A stretch of 34,150 bases of DNA from Dehalococcoidia bacterium (GTDB lineage: Bacteria > Chloroflexota > Dehalococcoidia > GIF9 > AB-539-J10). Position 1 is the first letter of the stretch. Each line of letters begins with the position of its first letter. The DNA lies in contig SOHS01000160.1 in assembly GCA_004377135.1 (NCBI GenBank), positions 1 to 34,150 on the forward strand, written 5' to 3'. Positions 1-8,933 of the stretch are shown here, in pieces. A program made the position numbers and the translations under genes. Below the pieces are notes generated by a model. The model was given only the letters and a program-made list of their open reading frames with translations, did not search any database and was not told the origin of the DNA.

Positions 1-2
1 GC

Positions 3-608
3 ATGAGCCAGCGGGATATTGAGTATCAGGAGAAGGTGCTGGAGCGGATACTGGAGGAAACCGGGGGCTGGAAAGTCAAGAAGTGGCTGGAGCCGGAAAT
101 GGAGCAGTTTGCGCTATTGTACCTGCTCAGGCTGGGCAAGAAGAATCTGAACTTCGTCTATACCGGTGGTTGGATAGGCGGCTTCATGCAGGGCGGCACA
201 CCGGATTTCTTGAGTAAATACCGACAGGTCGCTGAAGATGCGACCAGAGAATACCAGGAGAAGGGATTACTGGTGGACTGCGGCGACAATTCAATGATGG
301 GGTCCATGGGCTCCATCAGCGGCGGAGGAAACTGCGGGTGGGAACAGTTCAGTTTTTATGATGTGGCCGACAAGGTATCGACTGCCGCCGCCGTAGAGTG
401 GATGAAGCACTGTATACAAGAAGAAGCCAGGCATAATATCCCGCCCGGGAAGGAAAGCATGTACCTTGCTGTGGGTAAAACGCACGAGGAACTGCAGCAA
501 GATCTGGCCAAGCAGCCAGCCACACACACCTGGCAGCGTAAGATTAAACAGGCGATAGACCCTAATAATCTTGGTGACCGGATGTATCCCACTCTTGACG
601 AGAGGTAA
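3..608 (+). CDS. C-terminal part of FAD-linked oxidoreductase (FAD-binding oxidase/GlcD-like), probably 5'-truncated by window edge
   Basis: Ends in WQRKIKQAIDPNNLG, matching the 'KIKxAFDPxN' C-terminal motif of FAD-linked oxidases; frame is open to the window start. Confidence 0.7.
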   Translation: MSQRDIEYQEKVLERILEETGGWKVKKWLEPEMEQFALLYLLRLGKKNLNFVYTGGWIGGFMQGGTPDFLSKYRQVAEDATREYQEKGLLVDCGDNSMMGSMGSISGGGNCGWEQFSFYDVADKVSTAAAVEWMKHCIQEEARHNIPPGKESMYLAVGKTHEELQQDLAKQPATHTWQRKIKQAIDPNNLGDRMYPTLDER

Positions 609-669
609 AATAAGCTAGACGAACTTTTTGCCTTGGAAAACTCAAGCAAAGAATAGAGCGTGTTATTTA

Positions 670-961
670 ACTCTGCTGCCTTGCGTGAGGGTGACTCTGA
701 CCTGTTTCCCTGTTTACGCCAGCGATTCGCCTCCCTTCTAACGTAGCCGAGAAATTCTCTGATGTGCCACTCTTTAAGAAGCCTGATATCGTCAGACCAT
801 GCTTGCTTTTCAGCATACCATAGGAAACGACTCAGAATGCCACGGTAGTGTTCTACCGTGTGGTGGCTTAATCCCTCGGTCTGGTGGGTAAAGAGATAGC
901 CTTTGACCAAAGATTTGAGGGATGTACCTCGCGGTACCTCTAATTTGATTGATTTGAGCAT
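670..961 (-). pseudogene. Truncated tyrosine recombinase/integrase, N-terminal SAM-like domain only
   Basis: LKSLVKGYLFTHQTEGLSHHTVEHYRGILSRFLWY...WHIREFLGYVR resembles integrase N-terminal domains; no R-H-x-x-R-Y catalytic domain follows; the rest of ORF 356..961 runs antisense over the convergent gene; lies just 3' of tRNA-Pro; left boundary approximate. Confidence 0.7.
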
Positions 962-992
962 AATTCATTGCGCGGACCCGCCCCAGAAAAGA

Positions 993-1054
993 CCATGAGG
1001 TCTAAACCCTTACTTATTCATATTTAGTTTCCTAAGAGAGCCATGAGATCTAAA
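993..1054. repeat. Direct repeat CCATGAG(G/A)TCTAAA (993-1006, 1041-1054), candidate integrase arm sites
   Basis: 13/14 identical copies between the integrase start and the tRNA-Pro 3' end. Confidence 0.45.
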
Positions 1055-1072
1055 TCTCTTGTTTCCAGTTTA

Positions 1073-1148
1073 TGGTCGGGGTGAGAGGATTTGAACCTCC
1101 GACCTCATGGTCCCAAACCATGCGCGCTAGCCGCTGCGCCACACCCCG
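1073..1148 (-). tRNA. tRNA-Pro(TGG), CCA encoded
   Basis: Reverse complement CGGGGTGTGGCGCAGCGGCTAGCGCGCATGGTTTGGGACCATGAGGTCGGAGGTTCAAATCCTCTCACCCCGACCA forms a cloverleaf with anticodon TGG. Confidence 0.97.
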
Positions 1149-1159
1149 TATAGCTAAGT

Positions 1160-1188
1160 ATTATAGTAGGTAAGCAGAATTGAAGCAA
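1160..1188 (-). promoter_or_regulatory. sigma70-type promoter of tRNA-Pro
   Basis: TTGCTT (1188-1183), 17 bp spacer, TATAAT (1165-1160), 11 bp upstream of the tRNA. Confidence 0.7.
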
Positions 1189-1211
1189 TCAAACTTGCTC
1201 ATTAGAAGAAA

Positions 1212-2147
1212 TCAAGTTGAAAAACAGGCTACCTTTGCCTTGAGTTTGGCATATTCTTCATTTACATGCTCTTGAATTTTTTCAATCTCCTCATCCAGCA
1301 AATGACGGAACCGGCCTTGCGTCTTCAAGTATTCCTCGACCGGTTTAAGCTTGGGGCGATCAATATTTAATTTATACCGGCCATTTTCCACTTCATAGAG
1401 AGGGAAGATGCCTGTCTCTACGGCAAGCCGACCTATCTCAATCGCTAAATCAGTGGCATGTCTCCAGCCTGTTGGGCAAGGAGAGAATATATGGACATAA
1501 GCTGGCCCTTTGATATCCCCACCCTTTTTAACCTTGTTCATCAAATCGAAAGGATAGCCGGGAGAGGCTGTGGCTACGTAAGGGATATTATGGGCGACAG
1601 CAATTTCAGGCAGGTTCTTCTTCCAGGTGGTCTGGCCAATGCTCAGCTTGCCCGCAGGTGCCGTGGTAGTCGAAGCTCCATAAGGAGTAGCACTTGACCT
1701 CTGGATCCCGGTATTCATATAGGCTTCGTTATCAAAACAGAGATACAAAAAGTCATGGTTTCTTTCAAATGCTCCAGACAAAGCTTGAATTCCTATGTCA
1801 GTTGTCCCGCCGTCTCCAGCCACAGCCACACATTTGATATTCTTCTCAGGCGTCTTGCCCTTCTTCATCAAAATCTTTAATCCTGCTTCTATGCCCGAAG
1901 CTGTGGCAGCAGTGTTCTCAAACAGTGTATGTATCCAAGGAACCCTCCATGAGGTGACGGGAAGTGGCGAAGTACAGACCTCCGTGCACCCGGTAGCATT
2001 GGCAATTATTACATGCCTTCCCAATGCTTTGCAGGCAAGCCTCAGTGCCAAAGCTTCGCCACAGCCAGTACAAAACGTATGCCCCTGAGCTAGAAACTCC
2101 TCGGTTGTTACGAAGTTTTTGCCAAACTTTATAGATTGCCCCTCCAT
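1212..2147 (-). CDS. porB: Pyruvate/2-oxoacid:ferredoxin oxidoreductase beta subunit (TPP-binding)
   Basis: CTGCGE, ATGC, GDGG...DNEAYMNTGIQRS, SPCPTGW motifs. Confidence 0.93.
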   Translation of the reverse strand: MEGQSIKFGKNFVTTEEFLAQGHTFCTGCGEALALRLACKALGRHVIIANATGCTEVCTSPLPVTSWRVPWIHTLFENTAATASGIEAGLKILMKKGKTPEKNIKCVAVAGDGGTTDIGIQALSGAFERNHDFLYLCFDNEAYMNTGIQRSSATPYGASTTTAPAGKLSIGQTTWKKNLPEIAVAHNIPYVATASPGYPFDLMNKVKKGGDIKGPAYVHIFSPCPTGWRHATDLAIEIGRLAVETGIFPLYEVENGRYKLNIDRPKLKPVEEYLKTQGRFRHLLDEEIEKIQEHVNEEYAKLKAKVACFST

Positions 2148-2150
2148 TTC

Positions 2151-3347
2151 TTACCCCCTTATGTCTGTTACCTTGCCTCTTATGCCCACTGTCTCATATA
2201 ATTCCTCTGACCCATTTTCCGCGATTTCTCGACCCCGGTCAATAACATACTCAAAATCCTTTGCCGACATGTCCCTTCCACCTAAACCACCTATAAAACT
2301 CACAACCTTTGGCCTTTGCTTTTCATCATATAAGGTTGACCTGATTTCAGAAGAAACTGGTCCTCCCGGACCCCCGAAGGAGATACAACGGTCAAAAACG
2401 ATAAGAATTTCGGCACTCTTCACCGCCTGGCGAAGTTCCTTGAATGGGAAAGGTCTCCAAAGACGCAAGTTGATAAGTCCTACAGATTCTCCTCTATCCT
2501 TCTTCGCATCTATGACAGTCTTTGCTGTTTCACTAAAACTTCCCATAGTCAGAAGCAACGTTTTAGCTCCTTCTGTTTTATAGGGTTCGACGGGGTGATA
2601 ATAGCGGCCAAAGATGTCTCCTAATTCTTCGAACCCCTTAATTACCACTGCCTTGGATTTCCTGAGAGCCACCTCCTGAGCCACCTTCGCCTCCGAATAT
2701 ACGTCGGGCGGCGCGAACGCCCCAAGGGTCATCGGCTTATCGGGATCTAAAGCAAAAGGATAGTGAAACTTGGGGAGAAATTTATCCACTTCTTCTTGCT
2801 CTGGCAAAATAACCGGCTCTGTTACGTGAGTGAGGTGAAATCCGTCCAAATGAACCATGACTGGCAAAAGAACTCCTGCGTCTTCACCAACACGAAATGC
2901 CCAAAGAGTCATATCAAATGCCTCCTGGCTATTCTGGCAAAATACCTGGATCCAGCCGGTATCCCTGACAGACATGGCATCGGAGTGGTCTCCCCAAATA
3001 CTCAGCGGTGCGGATAAAGCTCGGTTGGCCACCGTCATAACCACTGGCAGTCGCATGGCTGAGGCGACGTATAGGACATTGTGCATATATTCCAATCCTG
3101 GACCTGCAGTGGCAGTGAAAGTTCTTGCCCCTACCGCAGCAGCTCCAACGCAGGTGCTCATGGCTGAGTGCTCCGATTCAACCGGTATATAAGCTGCGTC
3201 TAATTCTCCATTAGCTACCATCTCGGCAAGCCGCTCAGGGATATGTGTCTGGGGCGTTATAGGATACGCTGCAATAACATCAACGTCAGCCATCCTGGCT
3301 GCTTCGGCAGCAGCATGTGAGGCCTCTAACCCTATTCTTTCACTCAT
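2151..3347 (-). CDS. porA: Pyruvate/2-oxoacid:ferredoxin oxidoreductase alpha subunit
   Basis: AYPITPQT, VESEHSA, NRALSAP, DGFHLTH, RPFP motifs. Confidence 0.93.
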   Translation of the reverse strand: MSERIGLEASHAAAEAARMADVDVIAAYPITPQTHIPERLAEMVANGELDAAYIPVESEHSAMSTCVGAAAVGARTFTATAGPGLEYMHNVLYVASAMRLPVVMTVANRALSAPLSIWGDHSDAMSVRDTGWIQVFCQNSQEAFDMTLWAFRVGEDAGVLLPVMVHLDGFHLTHVTEPVILPEQEEVDKFLPKFHYPFALDPDKPMTLGAFAPPDVYSEAKVAQEVALRKSKAVVIKGFEELGDIFGRYYHPVEPYKTEGAKTLLLTMGSFSETAKTVIDAKKDRGESVGLINLRLWRPFPFKELRQAVKSAEILIVFDRCISFGGPGGPVSSEIRSTLYDEKQRPKVVSFIGGLGGRDMSAKDFEYVIDRGREIAENGSEELYETVGIRGKVTDIRG

Positions 3348-3652
3348 TTTTCCTCCTCCTCTATCATAGTTATAGCCCCCTTAGGACACACTTTGGCACA
3401 AATGCCGCAGCCTTTACAGTAGAAAAGGTCGTTTTCATAGTATCCATCCTCGAGAGGCTTTATGGCTGCATCAGGACAATGAAGCCAACATAGGCCACAT
3501 TTGTTACATTTTTCTTTATCAACTATCGGCCTTTGGGTCCTCCAATCTCCTGTCTCACGCAGCGCAGCATTCCCTGCTTCTGTAATCACATTGCCAACTT
3601 CCATGTCTCTCCAGGTAAAATCAGGCCCCGTTTTTAGCCTCTTCTCCGTCAT
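3344..3652 (-). CDS. porD: 2-oxoacid:ferredoxin oxidoreductase delta subunit (2x[4Fe-4S])
   Basis: TGDWR..RP, CNKCGLCWLHCP, CKGCGICAKVCP. Confidence 0.93.
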   Translation of the reverse strand: MTEKRLKTGPDFTWRDMEVGNVITEAGNAALRETGDWRTQRPIVDKEKCNKCGLCWLHCPDAAIKPLEDGYYENDLFYCKGCGICAKVCPKGAITMIEEEEK

Positions 3653-3655
3653 TCC

Positions 3656-4213
3656 TTACTCCTTTATTACAATTTCCTTGTAAGCCCTTTCCACTGCCTC
3701 GATATTTCCCTTAGCCCGTGCCCCAAAGCGCTCCTGCAATTGCTCAACCAGTGATTCCATCTTGACCATCTCGGTAATTTTTAGCAGTGCGCCTATCATA
3801 GCGGTGTTAGTGATGGGCACCCCGATAGTTTCTCCGGCGATTTTCTTAGCGTTAACTGTAGCTACAGGCCACTTATACCCAAATTCAGACTTCAGTTCAG
3901 CGGGCGATTTCCTGGAATTGATGATAACCTTGCCCGTATCCTTGAGCCCTGAGGTCACATCTACAGCACGAAGCAGCCCTGGGTCGAGCACAACTACTAC
4001 ATCAGGCTCATAGATAGGCGTTCTGGTCCTGATAGATTCATTGCTTATCCTCAGGAAAGCAAGGACTGGCGCTCCCCTCCTCTCGGGGCCAAAGCTAGGG
4101 AATGACTGAGCATATTTCCCTTCGCTTATAGCAGCACGAGCAACTAATTCTGCTGAAGTCACTGCTCCCATCCCTCCCCGACCATGCCATCTTACCTCAA
4201 GAAGCTCAGCCAT
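3656..4213 (-). CDS. porC: 2-oxoacid:ferredoxin oxidoreductase gamma subunit
   Basis: RWHGRGGMG, FGPERRGAP, NTAMIGA; GGAGG RBS and TATAAT (4235-4230) upstream. Confidence 0.93.
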   Translation of the reverse strand: MAELLEVRWHGRGGMGAVTSAELVARAAISEGKYAQSFPSFGPERRGAPVLAFLRISNESIRTRTPIYEPDVVVVLDPGLLRAVDVTSGLKDTGKVIINSRKSPAELKSEFGYKWPVATVNAKKIAGETIGVPITNTAMIGALLKITEMVKMESLVEQLQERFGARAKGNIEAVERAYKEIVIKE

Positions 4214-4400
4214 AACTTAACACCTCCCTATTATACAAAGAGATTGCTCAGTTTTGATTTCTTGTTCCATTCTGGGTATTTTTGTAGCTGCTTGATTTAC
4301 CAGGTCCGGTCTCCCACTAGACTCTCACCTCACCAAATCTGTGATTTTGTGGGGCAAAATAAATTGGGCAACTACATTTTTAAACAGCCTAATTACAAAC

Positions 4401-4472
4401 TGCCCCTGAAGGGACTCGAACCCTTGCACCTGGCTCCGGAGGCCAGCGCTCTCTCCTCTGAGCTACAGGGGC
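4401..4472 (-). tRNA. tRNA-Arg(CCG), CCA not encoded
   Basis: Reverse complement GCCCCTGTAGCTCAGAGGAGAGAGCGCTGGCCTCCGGAGCCAGGTGCAAGGGTTCGAGTCCCTTCAGGGGCA; anticodon CCG. Confidence 0.95.
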
Positions 4473-4494
4473 TGCTTAATTCTCACATAGTGTA

Positions 4495-5502
4495 TCACAA
4501 ACCAATTCCTGAATTAAATAAGGCATAAGCGCCAAGGATATAGAGCACGATTAAAGCGGGGGCATACCAGCTAGCTACCCGAAAAACTTTGCGCCTTTGC
4601 CGAAACCTCAGCCCGACAATAACCAGAAGGCTCATCATCACTGCTACAGCGGCAATAATAAGATGACTTTTCGATACTGCGGAAAGAATAAACCCCTGAC
4701 CATAGGCAAGGTCAACCGGGACAATCATAGCAATATCAAGCATATTGGCGCCTAATATATCAGCCACTGCCAAATCTATGGCACCCATACGGAGGGCAGT
4801 AATAGCAACCACTAACTCCGGTGCCGAGGTAGTAATCGCCAGAAATAAAGTCCCGACAAATGTGCTACCCCAACCAGTAGTCTCAGTGATTTCATCACCA
4901 ATGAATGACAGCCATATTCCAGCAGCAATCACTGCTGCTGCCGCCAGAGCAAATCTGATGCACACTGTTCTTGTAGTAAACTTATCGTACCGGAGAGCGG
5001 TAGTTGGAGCAGCATGCACTCTCTGCCCGCGTTCGCGTCGTAACATCCACCACATCCCCAGCAAATACAGTATAAGAATAACAATGCTTGGTATCCCTAT
5101 CCAGCCCGACTCCAAAAAAGGAAATCTGCCTGCGGCGATTATGCCTGCGGCGGCAATGGCAATGAGCAATGCTCCCCAGCCAGCCGTTATCACATGCCTC
5201 GGGCTTGCCAGGGATAAGACCGGGGTACGCGAGTGAAGAATATCGAGTACAGCTAAGATAGAAAGGTTGAAACAACAGCTTCCAAGAAGCGTGCCCAAAG
5301 CTAAATCAGCCGAGTGAACCAGTGCTACAGAACTGACTGCAGTGACAAGTTCCGGCATGGTGGTAATAGCAGCAATAAGCACCAGCCCTATCCATATCCG
5401 CCCCAAGCCCGTCTTCTCGGCGATAGCATCCCCATATTGAGCTAGCTTTGTGCCGGCAAATAAGATAACGGCCAGGCAGAGAACAAACTTGAACCAAATC
5501 AA
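4495..5502 (-). CDS. Sodium/calcium (CaCA, YrbG-like) antiporter
   Basis: Two alpha-repeats (TTMPEL...GS and TTSAPEL...GAN), many hydrophobic segments; TTG start with AGGAG RBS. Confidence 0.88.
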   Translation of the reverse strand: MIWFKFVLCLAVILFAGTKLAQYGDAIAEKTGLGRIWIGLVLIAAITTMPELVTAVSSVALVHSADLALGTLLGSCCFNLSILAVLDILHSRTPVLSLASPRHVITAGWGALLIAIAAAGIIAAGRFPFLESGWIGIPSIVILILYLLGMWWMLRRERGQRVHAAPTTALRYDKFTTRTVCIRFALAAAAVIAAGIWLSFIGDEITETTGWGSTFVGTLFLAITTSAPELVVAITALRMGAIDLAVADILGANMLDIAMIVPVDLAYGQGFILSAVSKSHLIIAAVAVMMSLLVIVGLRFRQRRKVFRVASWYAPALIVLYILGAYALFNSGIGL

Positions 5503-5591
5503 AGACTGCTCCTGTAACCTAGTAAAGTAGTGTAATCATACTACATAGGAGGGAAGCCTGCCAAGAATCATCTAATCAAGGATACCCTGTA

Positions 5592-5600
5592 TGGTATAAT
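5592..5600 (+). promoter_or_regulatory. Extended -10 promoter (TGnTATAAT), presumed native tRNA-Ser promoter
   Basis: TGGTATAAT 15 bp upstream of the tRNA-Ser 5' fragment. Confidence 0.6.
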
Positions 5601-5615
5601 TGGCTATGCAATCAA

Positions 5616-5654
5616 GGAGAGGTGACCGAGTGGTTTATGGTGCCGCTCTCGAAA
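5616..5654 (+). repeat. attL: 39-bp 5' half of tRNA-Ser(CGA)
   Basis: GGAGAGGTGACCGAGTGGTTTATGGTGCCGCTCTCGAAA is identical to 11477-11515 and ends exactly at the end of the anticodon loop. Confidence 0.92.
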
Positions 5655-5772
5655 TTTGTCAGCAGTTGTCACGAACGGTCACTTTACGTTCAAATTAGAA
5701 CTTTTGTGTCAATCACCCGAAACCCGTTTTGTTCGTAAAATACCAACTGGTAACAACCAGTTTCACTATGTC

Positions 5773-5794
5773 TATTAGCAAATTATTAGCAAAA
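5773..5794. repeat. 22-bp repeat TATTAGCAAATTATTAGCAAAA, copy 1 (putative integrase arm sites)
   Basis: Identical to 11416-11437; tandem TATTAGCAAA units. Confidence 0.75.
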
Positions 5795-6155
5795 TTCTAG
5801 CTTTGGTTTATGCGTGAGACAATGACAACAAGGGACTAACAACATACCATAGCAATAAAAACAGCAACGTGGATAACAACTATATATCTAACTAGACGTG
5901 ATATGGAATTTTCAGCTAGGGATTGATGTAGTGTTGAGATGTCTGTGGACAGTGAAGTTTGAGGACGGCTTGAGGCTGTATTGTAGGATTGAACAATCCG
6001 CTATTTTGCCACGCCAGAGTCAACAAGACAGGCGTTCGCGTGATTTCATCCTCACGTGTACTCTGGCAGAAAGGACGTCGCATATCTGACCCCGAATCAT
6101 ATTTGCCCGTTTATGTGTTTAATCGGAGTTCAGAAGCAGATATTTGTGCGGGTGC

Positions 6156-7121
6156 TCACATTCTAGTGAAAGTCCGTTTGCCTTTGAGATGCCGATATAT
6201 TTTATTGAAATCCATGGTATACTCGAGGTCGTCAACTTCTATTTTTCTCTGACCTTTGATATCGATATTATGTATAATTAATAGCTCTTCATTGAAATGA
6301 GATGCTTGTACAATATTAATACCGGACGGTGCCCATAGGCCCGAGCCTCCCCAAAACTTAGTCCCACTAATTGTGTGAACGCCGACAGAATTACATGCAA
6401 TAGTCCAGACTTGATTCGTTGCAGAACGCGACGATAAAAGCATATCCCAGAGCATCCCATAGTATGTGTCAGTATGAATATTCATCGTCGGATATTCCCT
6501 CGTACCTGTTCCCTTCCAAGATGCGACCTGCACAACTGCGTCAATTTGGTCAATCTTAGAGTATTCCTGTAACAATTGTGAAAAGCAATAATCATAACAG
6601 GTCGTAAATCCAAATCTTCCCCATTTCGTGTCTATCACGAGTCTATCATCTAGACCCGATCTGGTATAGATCTTTTCTATTCCTGGTAGCATGATTTTGT
6701 CGTAGATATAATCTTCTTTCATATAATCAACGGTTCTATTCAAGATATAGGTAGAATTGAGATATTTCCTGTGATGGCCACTAGAGCCCTTCCTAATATT
6801 ATTGAAGACAATGTAGTTAAGGTCATCATCAAGCATTGGGAAAAGCATATCTGTAATCCAGTCATGGTGCCTTTCAATTACAGCTGAATTCATATAGTCC
6901 CTGCATTCCTGTTGGTTCTCCCAGAAATAACCGGACAAACAAAACTCAGGGAAAACGACCATATTAACTTTCTTTTCTTTGAAAACCGCCATCGTCTCAA
7001 GGATCTTCCTTTTGTTTCTTTCTATTCCAGGAACTACCGCATGAATATTCGCTATTCCAATGGATAGAGAGTTTTCGCCCGGGGCAAATGCTCGCTCTCT
7101 GATACTAATACTACTACTCAT
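6156..7121 (-). CDS. Carbon-nitrogen hydrolase (nitrilase superfamily)
   Basis: Catalytic triad contexts VVFPEF (E), YDK (K), TCYD (C); C-terminal GGS..WAP.G. Confidence 0.88.
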   Translation of the reverse strand: MSSSISIRERAFAPGENSLSIGIANIHAVVPGIERNKRKILETMAVFKEKKVNMVVFPEFCLSGYFWENQQECRDYMNSAVIERHHDWITDMLFPMLDDDLNYIVFNNIRKGSSGHHRKYLNSTYILNRTVDYMKEDYIYDKIMLPGIEKIYTRSGLDDRLVIDTKWGRFGFTTCYDYCFSQLLQEYSKIDQIDAVVQVASWKGTGTREYPTMNIHTDTYYGMLWDMLLSSRSATNQVWTIACNSVGVHTISGTKFWGGSGLWAPSGINIVQASHFNEELLIIHNIDIKGQRKIEVDDLEYTMDFNKIYRHLKGKRTFTRM

Positions 7122-7274
7122 GATATTACCTCTATACCGCAGGTCTCATATTGTAGGCTAATCCTCTCAAAAGTACAAAGCCCTCCCTGTAAATAATCAA
7201 AATCTTATTCTTCATTCAAACACAATGGCTTATCGCAAGGGTATCGATTGGATCCAATATAGAGAATTATAGGA

Positions 7275-7463
7275 TTAGTGATGCTGGGATATAGTAATGG
7301 TGACAGTGTCCCCAGGCTTAACCACAGCTGGACTTACAATTAGGTTGGCTACTACAAATCCAGCCGGGCTATTGGTCAAAACCATGATGCCTATGATGAT
7401 GAAAAGCCCCACAAGCCAAGCTAACCCACCAATTAGCAACTTCTTTTTCACCGCCTTGTTCAT
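7275..7463 (-). pseudogene. Short membrane-anchored ORF ending in the start of a CARDB/Ig-like domain, probably truncated
   Basis: N-terminal TM helix then PAGFVVANLIVSPAVVKPGDTVTITI, stopping abruptly. Confidence 0.4.
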
Positions 7464-7826
7464 AATAGAATCATAATCTGACTAGACTTCAAATAGGTTA
7501 CCATCGTGTGATATTAAACGGGTTAGTAGAGGTCGATGGAGGTCGTTTTGATGGAGATTAAGCAGGCTCGGTCTCCCTCTCAAATATGATTAAACGTTAC
7601 GGATTTACTTCAGGACACTCTTCTTGTTGGCAGGGTTAAACCTATCTTATAACTTAGTAGATTGATTATAATTTTTATCTATACAAGATGTTGATTAGGT
7701 CCGAACGAAATTATCAGAGAATAAGTTTAAAATATTTTAAAATAAAGCGTTTTTACGTTATTGTATAATCATCAAACATTTGGCACCGAACGCGACTAAT
7801 AAATAGATTAGGAGACATATATAAAA

Positions 7827-8834
7827 ATGGAAAATAAGAACCCGAAGAAGATGCGTACAATCACTCTTGAAGAGCATTATGCAACCCCGGCTTTCATGGA
7901 AGCCTCAAAACACCGTCTGAGGGACCAGGCGAAAAAGTTATCAGACCGAGGTCCGGGACCAACGCTCATTGATAGACTATGTGATCTTGGTGATTTAAGG
8001 ATCGAAGAGATGGATGCCGCAGGTATTGATATGCAGGTTTTGTCGCTAACTTCTCCAGGTGTCCAGCAGATGGAGGCGGCTGAAGCAGTGGTGATCGCCC
8101 ATGAACAAAATGATTATCTGGCAGATCGTGTGAAGTATTATCCAGAACGGTTCGTGGGATTTGCAGCTTTGCCGACTCCAGTTCCAGACCAAGCGGCCGA
8201 GGAGTTAGAACGTACAGTAAGTAAATATGGTTTCAAAGGGGCAGCCATCATGGGTCACACCCGGGGGCGCTACCTGGATGATGAATTCTTCAGGCCAATC
8301 CTAGAAAGTGCCTCCGTGCTCAAAGTTCCGATCTATATTCATCCAACACCACCTCCCCAAAAGGTCATCGAGGCCTCTTATACTGGAAATTATACGCCAA
8401 ACGTGGCAGTATTGTTATCGACCATGGCCTGGGGCTGGCATATTGAAACTGCAATACACTCCCTGCGTCTTGTCGCCAGCGGAGCATTTGACCGTTATCC
8501 AGATCTACAGATTTTGATTGGACATCTGGGTGAAGCTATTCCGTTCATGCTTTCGAGAATTGATCAAAAATTATCCAGGGAACAGACGCATCTGGAACGA
8601 TCTGCTGGAGCCTATTTCCGCGAGAACTTCTCTTACACCTTCAGTGGTTTCAATTATCTCCCAGCTTTTCTCGACCTACTACTTCAGGTCGGAGTCGACC
8701 GGATCCTATTCTCCGCGGATTATCCTTATGCGTCGATGGAGTCAGCGCGAAATTTCTTGGACCAACTCCCAGTGAGCCCTGCCGACAAAGAGCAAATCGC
8801 CCATGGTAATGCTGCGCGCCTTCTGCAGATTTAA
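7827..8834 (+). CDS. Amidohydrolase-2 family protein (LigW/dihydroxybenzoate decarboxylase-like)
   Basis: ITLEEHY, IYIHP, GHLGEAIPF, FSADYPY motifs; AGGAG RBS. Confidence 0.85.
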   Translation: MENKNPKKMRTITLEEHYATPAFMEASKHRLRDQAKKLSDRGPGPTLIDRLCDLGDLRIEEMDAAGIDMQVLSLTSPGVQQMEAAEAVVIAHEQNDYLADRVKYYPERFVGFAALPTPVPDQAAEELERTVSKYGFKGAAIMGHTRGRYLDDEFFRPILESASVLKVPIYIHPTPPPQKVIEASYTGNYTPNVAVLLSTMAWGWHIETAIHSLRLVASGAFDRYPDLQILIGHLGEAIPFMLSRIDQKLSREQTHLERSAGAYFRENFSYTFSGFNYLPAFLDLLLQVGVDRILFSADYPYASMESARNFLDQLPVSPADKEQIAHGNAARLLQI

Positions 8835-8933
8835 ATCAGATAGCTCATAAACTCTGTAAAATGGATAATTAGATAACATCTGTTGAGTTAATCGGACAAT
8901 AAGGTCATACGTACTTATTCATATTTGCAAATG

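Noticed and set aside
1143-1156. ACCCCGTATAGCTA at the tRNA-Pro 5' end resembles repeat copy 3 (13/14)
   Set aside because: Similarity does not extend into the hairpin; too short to separate from chance
6014-6068. Nested hairpin GCCAGAGT...CGTGA/TCACG...ACTCTGGC as an ncRNA
   Set aside because: Short stems, no recognisable family motif or promoter; may be a terminator or remnant downstream of the nitrilase gene
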